Assembly: GCA_951406725.2 (NCBI GenBank)
Contig: OX597816.1
Location: 48,856,001 to 48,920,000 of the forward strand
Source of the DNA: Octopus vulgaris
Lineage: Eukaryota
Length of the DNA: 64,000 nucleotides
Reading direction: 5' to 3'
A program made the translations under genes and the position numbers. Position 1 is the first letter of the stretch; every line of letters begins with the position of its first letter. This document shows, piece by piece, positions 1 to 64,000 of the stretch. Under the pieces are notes generated by a model that saw only the letters and a program-made list of their open reading frames with translations, made no database searches and was not told the origin of the DNA.

Positions 1-346
<346 letters not shown>

Positions 347-616
347 GTATACGACTGTGTGTCTGTGTTTGTGATTTTCCTCTAGTAACAGGTGTTGGTT
401 TGTTTACATCCTCTAACTTAGACCTTTGGTAAAAAAAAGACCGATAGAATAACTAAGAGGCTTAAAAAGAAAGTACCTGGGTTGATTCGTTTGCCTAAAT
501 CTCTTCAAGGCGGTATCCCAGCATGGCACCTTAGGCAAGTGTCTTCTTCTACTATAGCCTCGGGCCGACCAAAGCCTTGTGAGTGGATTTGGTAGACGGA
601 AACTGAAAGAAGCCCG

Positions 617-713
<97 letters not shown>

Positions 714-778
714 ACATATGTGTGTATGTATATGTTTGTGTGTCTGTGTTTATCCCCCCAACATCACTTGACAACCAA

Positions 779-824
779 GACACCTGATGAAGGCTGGAGG
801 GTATATCAGCCGAAACGTTGTGTT
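779..824 (+). ncRNA. Minimal type I hammerhead ribozyme motif in a Penelope-LTR-like repeat
   Basis: gacac-CTGATGA-a-ggctg...cagcc-GAAA-cg-TT-gtgtt; palindromic stem III (AACGTT). Confidence 0.75.
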
Positions 825-899
825 AACAACAAACAAGATGAAGACAAATATCCGTTAAATGCAAATAATATAAATAATGTAAAAAACACTTTGTATAAC

Positions 900-3674
900 T
901 GTTAGATAGACTGGTCCGAGTGAAGTATCAATAGTAACAATCCAAATGAGTTAAGGATCAGAGTCCGGAGTCGAGTGAAGTTCGTGTTAGTTCGCAGAGA
1001 AGTCGGAAGGTGTCGCTTGGTTAGTTCACAAGGAATATTGATTGTTGATTCGTAAAGAGATTTGTTAGTTTGTTACATTGTTTTTACTGATGGCTAGTTA
1101 TCTTATTTATTGTATGTAACAAGTACTTTACATCTGGTGACACGGTTTTCGAAGCTCACGTATGTTATTTAACAATTTGTTCGTGATACAACTTGTTAAA
1201 TAATGAAGACCTATTAGCTTCCATAGTACAGTTGCAAAAGCAACAACAAGAGCAGCAACAGGAGTTGCAGAAGCAGCTATTACAGCAACAATTACAACAA
1301 CAATTATTGGAGCTATGTTCAAAGAACTCCAAAAATGAGGTAAGTTCATTTTCGCCAGACGGCGTTTCGAAGTCGATAAATGAATTCGGTTATAACCCAG
1401 AGGAAGGTATAACTGAAGGTACGAGGAGATTGTTAAGCAGGATTGCAAATCATGGTCGGACGAACAAAAAGTGAGCTTGTTATTGTGAAAATTAGCTCCG
1501 TTAAAGCATGAACGTTACTGTAATTTCATATTGCCCCAAAAAACCCAATGAAATTTTTTAAGAAACAATAGAATTACTATCTAACATATTCGGTGATAAA
1601 ACTTCCCTATTTAACACTCGAATGGAGAGTTGGAATATAACGAAAAAGGAGAATGATGATTTTATCACATACGCAAGAACGGTCAACAAAATGTGTGAAT
1701 GTTTTAAACTTACATCTGGGATGTTCAAGTGTCTTATTTTCGTTCAAGGCCTTACAGCAAGCGAAGATACAGAAATTCGGGCAAGAATTCTTTCTAAATA
1801 GGGAAAAGCGAATCAAGATTGCTTGTTCCCATTTAGAACAAAATAAGAATGCCAAGGGATGGTAAACTGAAACACAATGTAGAAAAAAATTCGAGAAAAG
1901 GATTCCTCAAACATACAGATATACCGACCGGAAGCATACAACCAAAAAAAGTGCCACGTTCTAATCCATACTATGGATGTCGAGGCATACATTTCAGAAA
2001 AGACTATCCATCTAAAAATCAAAAATTTTACAGTTGCAAAAGAATTGGTCACAACAGTTCAGACTGCAGAACAAAATTACGAAGGTCAAACGTTAAAAAT
2101 CCTAGAGTCCTCTCAGCAGAAACAAAAATCGACTTCCAAATAAGAAAATTTGTACACATAAAAATAAATGGAATGCATATTAAACTTCAATTGGATATTG
2201 GAAATGATATTTCGATAATAAATATAGACACATAGAAGAAAATAGGGAAACCTATGTTGAGAAAAACAGTGAAATCTACTCGTAGCGTGACGGGCGATAA
2301 ATTACATTTGTTAAGCGAAATGAGGACTAAAGTTACATTTCAAGGGAAAACATGCAAGGCGAAAGTTTTCGTCGTTAAAAATGCAACTGATCTGTTGGGT
2401 ACCGATTGGTTAGAATTATTCAATTTATGGGACTTCTCCTTACATTTCTATTGTAAAAACATAAAAAGGTTGTCCCCATAAAAATAATTCGTCTGAAGAG
2501 TTAAAGAGAACATTAAAAAAATGTTTCCGCATGTACTCTCGGACAAACCAGGTCTATAGTCTAGGATACATATCGACTACACTGGACCAATGAACAGCGC
2601 ATACTATCTCATCGTTGTGGATAGCTATACAAAGTGGCTAGAGGTATGCAGATGTAATAAACCTCAGCAAAGACAGCAATAAAATTCCTACTCAAGTTAT
2701 GTGCTCGATATAGTGTGCCAGACACGTTGGTTTCAGATAATGGAACACAATTCACGGCATATGAATTAAGAAATTTCTGCAAAATACATGCCATAAAGCA
2801 CATCTTTACCCCGCCTTACCACCTAAAGTAAAATGAGCAGGCGAGCTAGATAATGACGAGGCACTAACGAAATTTTTGAGAGTAATGCCAAACCCAAATA
2901 CTAATTCAGGAAAATTACCAGCAGAGTTGATGTTCGTGTGTGAAATAAAATCGATCTTCCATAAATTATTGCCAGGAAAAAAAACACATATAAAGGAAAG
3001 ACAAAAAATACATTTGAAGGAAATACAAGAAATATTACAAAACATTTCGAAATGGTAAAGAAGGTTGAGAGGATGGCTGTATAATCAAAAGATTAGGTAA
3101 CATGATGTATTTAAGTAAAGGACAACGTTCGGAACATTAGAGACACCTTGAATAGTTAGAGATGAAACTTACAAAAGAACGAAGGGTAATACCAATGGAA
3201 GTCTTCTATGATATGTTTGAAGTGCCAGCACCGAGAGATATCGAATCCCATAGAACTAGCTTCAGAAAATGAAAACAGACTGAATATCTGGAAGTAATAC
3301 CTAAAAAAAAGGATAATAAATTTTCAAAAAACAAACAAAAAACAAACAAACAAACAAACAAAATAGAATGCTAACAAGAGTGCTTAGTACAACGATGATG
3401 AGAGTTACGACGCCCCCTTGCGAGCGATTGACTGGAAAAGTATAAATAGTAACAATCGGAGTGAGTTAGAGGTCCAGAGTCGAGTTTAAGTTGGTATAAG
3501 TTTGTCTGTCCTTGCTTGTCCTCTCTGTGTGTAGCCCCTCGTGGGTAGTAAAGAAATAGGTATAAGTTCGCAGTGAAGTCGGAAGGTGTCGGTTGGTTAG
3601 TTCACAAGAGTTCGTTACATTGTTTTTACCGTTGTCTGGTTATTGTATTTATTGCACGTAACAAGTACGCTACA
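900..3674 (+). mobile_element. Decayed, internally deleted Ty3/Gypsy LTR retrotransposon
   Basis: Diverged direct repeats (about 900-1132 and about 3400-3674, both ending ACA); PBS-like TGGTGAC at 1135; gag with CCHC knuckle (CKRIGHNSSDC), protease-like LQLDIG, integrase motifs RIHIDYTGP, VVDSYTKW and LVSDNGTQF; no RT/RNase H visible; many stops and frameshifts. Confidence 0.85.
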
Positions 3675-4552
3675 GCAATGAGTAAATAAAAGCAGAAATA
3701 ATTATAGGGCCTAAGCTAGATAACATAAATGTGACTTAGGTGGATTTTGAATTCATTTTATTAAGGGATAAAACATTAACCTTCTCAACAAGCTGAGGTC
3801 AAGTAGAATATATGATGATTGCATGTATTCATTTTTCCTGGTTAAGTTTATATGACCGGTTTCCTCGGCCAGGGTTTTGAATGAAACAGCATAACAACAA
3901 CTAAGTTATTCATAGACCACGCAAAAACAAATAAAACTTACCTACAATATCATTAGCATTATTCTGACATGGTTCCTGAATGCAACTTCTTAATTGTGGA
4001 ACGAAATCGAAGACAATTGTCATGAGATTTTGGTTTCATGCACATTTATATAAGTTTTCTTGGGCCGACTAAAACCTTGTGAGTGGATTTAGTTCGACGA
4101 AAACTGAAAGAAGCCCGTGATATGGGTGTGTGTGTGTATGTGTGTGTGTGTCTTTGTGCTTGTTCCCTACTACCTCTTGACAACCAGTGCTGGTATGTTT
4201 ACGCCCCCGGTGCTTAGCAGTTCAACAAAAAATAACGATAGAATAAGTACCAGCCTTAAAAAATGTCACGGGGTTGAGTCATTCAACTACAAATTATCCA
4301 AGGATGTGCTCAAGCATGGTCGCAATCTCATGAATGAAACAAAGTAGAAGATAAATTAAGGTCCAGAAATAATTGCCTGGGTATTGTTACCTTTTGTTTT
4401 GGAACTAAATTCCTCAGGCTATACATTTTTGTTCTCGTTTAGCCTATGATCAGTTCTGAATGTGCTCCATTCCATCTATGACCGTTCTGGTCAAAGAGAA
4501 TTTTCTTGCTTTTTCAAATGGCTTATTTAGAGATAAAACAACACTTTTCCAG

Positions 4553-4778
4553 TCTGTTGTGTCTGAGGAGAGTCGTTTTCTTTTTGTGCCTTATAATTTA
4601 ACACACTCACCGATAATATTTCCACTTATTCCTTATTTTTATTTTCCTAAAATTGAAAAGGTTGCAAAACACAACGAAAATTTTAGGAAAATAAAAATAA
4701 GGAATAAGTGGAAATTTTACCGGTGAGTGTTAAATTATAAGGCACAAAAAGAAAATGACTCTCCCCAGACACAACAGA
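4553..4778. repeat. Inverted repeat, about 100-bp arms with a 24-bp spacer
   Basis: 4553-4654 is the near-exact reverse complement of 4679-4778. Confidence 0.9.
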
Positions 4779-5998
4779 ATATGCTGCAATACACGAACTC
4801 ACAAAAAGAATCTTGCAAACCAAATCCCAAAACGAAACACTTTTTAGTACTTCCTGACTAATAGAAGAAAAAGGAAGAAGTTACCTTCAGAGCGGAGACC
4901 ACGGCCGAATGCTTGCTATAGAATGGGTTCCTTTGAAGGTAAGTAAGGGCTAGATGCTGTTAATAAATCGGACGAGGGATTAAGTCTTCTAAGAACACTA
5001 ATCTGCAACAGGAGCTTACAGTTAAAGATATATACACGCATATTGTGTATAATTTGATGAACTATATCACATTCGACTATTGATGTAATTTTCAAACAGC
5101 TATGCAATTAACTTTCACAATGCACACACACACACGCGCGCGCGCGCATACTCACGTGCATTGCATTTCAGAACACACATGATATTTTAGAAGTACTTCT
5201 TAGGGACCGATTCAAATTTAGGCCAAAGGAAATGAAAGGAACAGGAACGACATAATATAACCAAAGATCACAGGTCTTGTTGGAAAGGATGTGCCTCCCC
5301 ACTCAACTCTCTCGATAGCCAGAGTGGGAGGGAGCGAGATAAAAGACAGGATTCAATGTAGAAGATTATACAATATCCAGTTGACTAAATGGTAAACATT
5401 TCACTAAGCTATAACCATTTCTGTTAAGATATTTCCGACAAGTAAGAAAAGAAAAAAAACCCAAAAAAACTATGCGTGTTTTTCAGAAAGTATTCCGAAG
5501 CTAATACTTGCCAAAATCACGCTTCTTTGATGATTCGTTTACTTTTCAAATATTGCTCTATGGATATTTCTCAGCAAAGGAATTTCTGAACAAATAATGT
5601 CACTGCCAAATCAACACGTACACCGACCTCAGCTCTTATTGGTCCTTTACGCTATATGGTGAGAACTTTATTGAAAATTCAGTCAAGTTTTGATATAGTC
5701 AAGTTCAGTCAGCCCTCTGTTCAAAGAACTTCCTATGTTCTACACATCATTCCAAGTTTAATTGTAATGAAACACTTTTAAGTTTGTTGAATAATTTACA
5801 AAACAAAACAAATATTTTACTGAATGAAGTGAAGCGTGGAAGAAACTTGGAACCTATTACAAACTCATATTGAAAACAAATATCAAAATATGTTTTCCGA
5901 AATATGGATTCATTACCTATTTAAAAGATAAATATATTCTGAAGTTCCTTGACAAATTTGCTGCATTTTAACTCTAAAGATTACTTGCATAAAACAAT

Positions 5999-62995
<56,997 letters not shown>

Positions 62996-63481
62996 GTAAA
63001 TATAGCTTTTTTGCCCTTTTGTTGTTACTGTTTGTAGCACGATATTTTGAGGTTTAAACAAATTTGTTTTTGTTATAGTCAATATTGGCAGAATTCGTCC
63101 GTCTATATGTTCTGAGTTCACCGTGGTCGACTTTATCTTTCATCCTTGGGTGTGGATAAAATAAGTACTAGTTGAGCATTGGGGTCAATGTAATCGAGTT
63201 ATCCACTACCTTACAGTTGCTGGCCTTGAGCCAAAATTTGAAACCAATATTATATGTCAAATTTCCCCTTGGGGGAATGGCAGCATTCTGGCTGAAATTT
63301 TCTTGTGCAGAATTTTCGATAAAGATTTTGCCTTTTTTTGTACCTATGTAAGTCCTTGATTTAACTCCATATTTGATGAATTTACTAAAACCAGAGAAAT
63401 AAAATAAAAAGAAAATGGACGCTAGTTATATTTCCACTCTTAATATATTAGGAGTAATAGAAGGCGGCCTTGAAATTTGAA

Positions 63482-63546
<65 letters not shown>

Positions 63547-63548
<2 letters not shown>

Positions 63549-64000
63549 TATGTTTCACTTTTGCTTTATATTTGTACAAGTTGGCTCCAAGTCTCACCCA
63601 GAGACCTCAAGAGACAACAGGGTTGGAAGTTCATGTTGTTGTTATGCCTAGTGTGCCATATATTTGGGGGGTGGGGGTGTTGTACTAATGAATGTCTAAA
63701 AAAAAAGTTTTTTTTTGTTTTTTGTTTTTTTTAAACCGAAAATTATGTTTGTTTTAAACCTTGAGATTACATAGAAAGTGTTTTGCGTAGGATATGAGCA
63801 GTTCCCATGAGCACTATCTTTTGAATTTCTGCCATTTTTGGGTTTCCTGGTATCTGAGTTAGGTAGCTATCAGCCCCTTTTGCTATCATTCCCAGGGCAC
63901 CTATGACAACAGGTATTGTTTTAGTCTTCAGCTTCCACATTTTGCTGATTTCTATTTCAAGATCTTTATATTTGCTCAGTCTTTGGTAGGTCTTGACAGA
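63547..64000 (-). mobile_element. RLE LINE subfamily B 3' end (continues beyond the window)
   Basis: Nearly identical to 22094-22550; preceded by (ATT)n. Confidence 0.92.

Noticed and set aside
1193-1474. Poly-Q ORF as a host gene
   Set aside because: It lies just after the LTR/PBS and is the decayed gag N-terminus.

Overview
AT-rich, microsatellite-dense eukaryotic (animal) genomic DNA. The repeat landscape (tRNA-derived SINEs with internal CA/TA tracts, (TAA)n-flanked RLE LINEs, Penelope remnants) looks like an octopus/coleoid cephalopod; this is an inference. One + strand protein-coding gene spans almost the whole window. I reconstructed 18 phase-compatible GT-AG exons by hand (5999-62995, 3400 nt, about 1133 codons, no stop, open at the 3' end). 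They encode signal peptide - CBM4_9/CBM22-like module - GH10 glycoside hydrolase (both catalytic Glu present, but three -1 subsite residues altered) - beta-rich C-terminal domain - at least four WSC domains with S/T/N-rich linkers. Introns and upstream DNA hold an internally deleted Gypsy LTR element, R4/Dong-like RLE LINEs, CR1-like and Tx1-like LINE pieces, a Penelope GIY-YIG fragment, non-autonomous Helitrons, DNA-transposon remnants, several SINE families and long inverted repeats. There are also at least seven core-intact and four decayed hammerhead-ribozyme motifs, some sense to the pre-mRNA. Nearly all ORFs in the supplied track are microsatellite or repeat artefacts.
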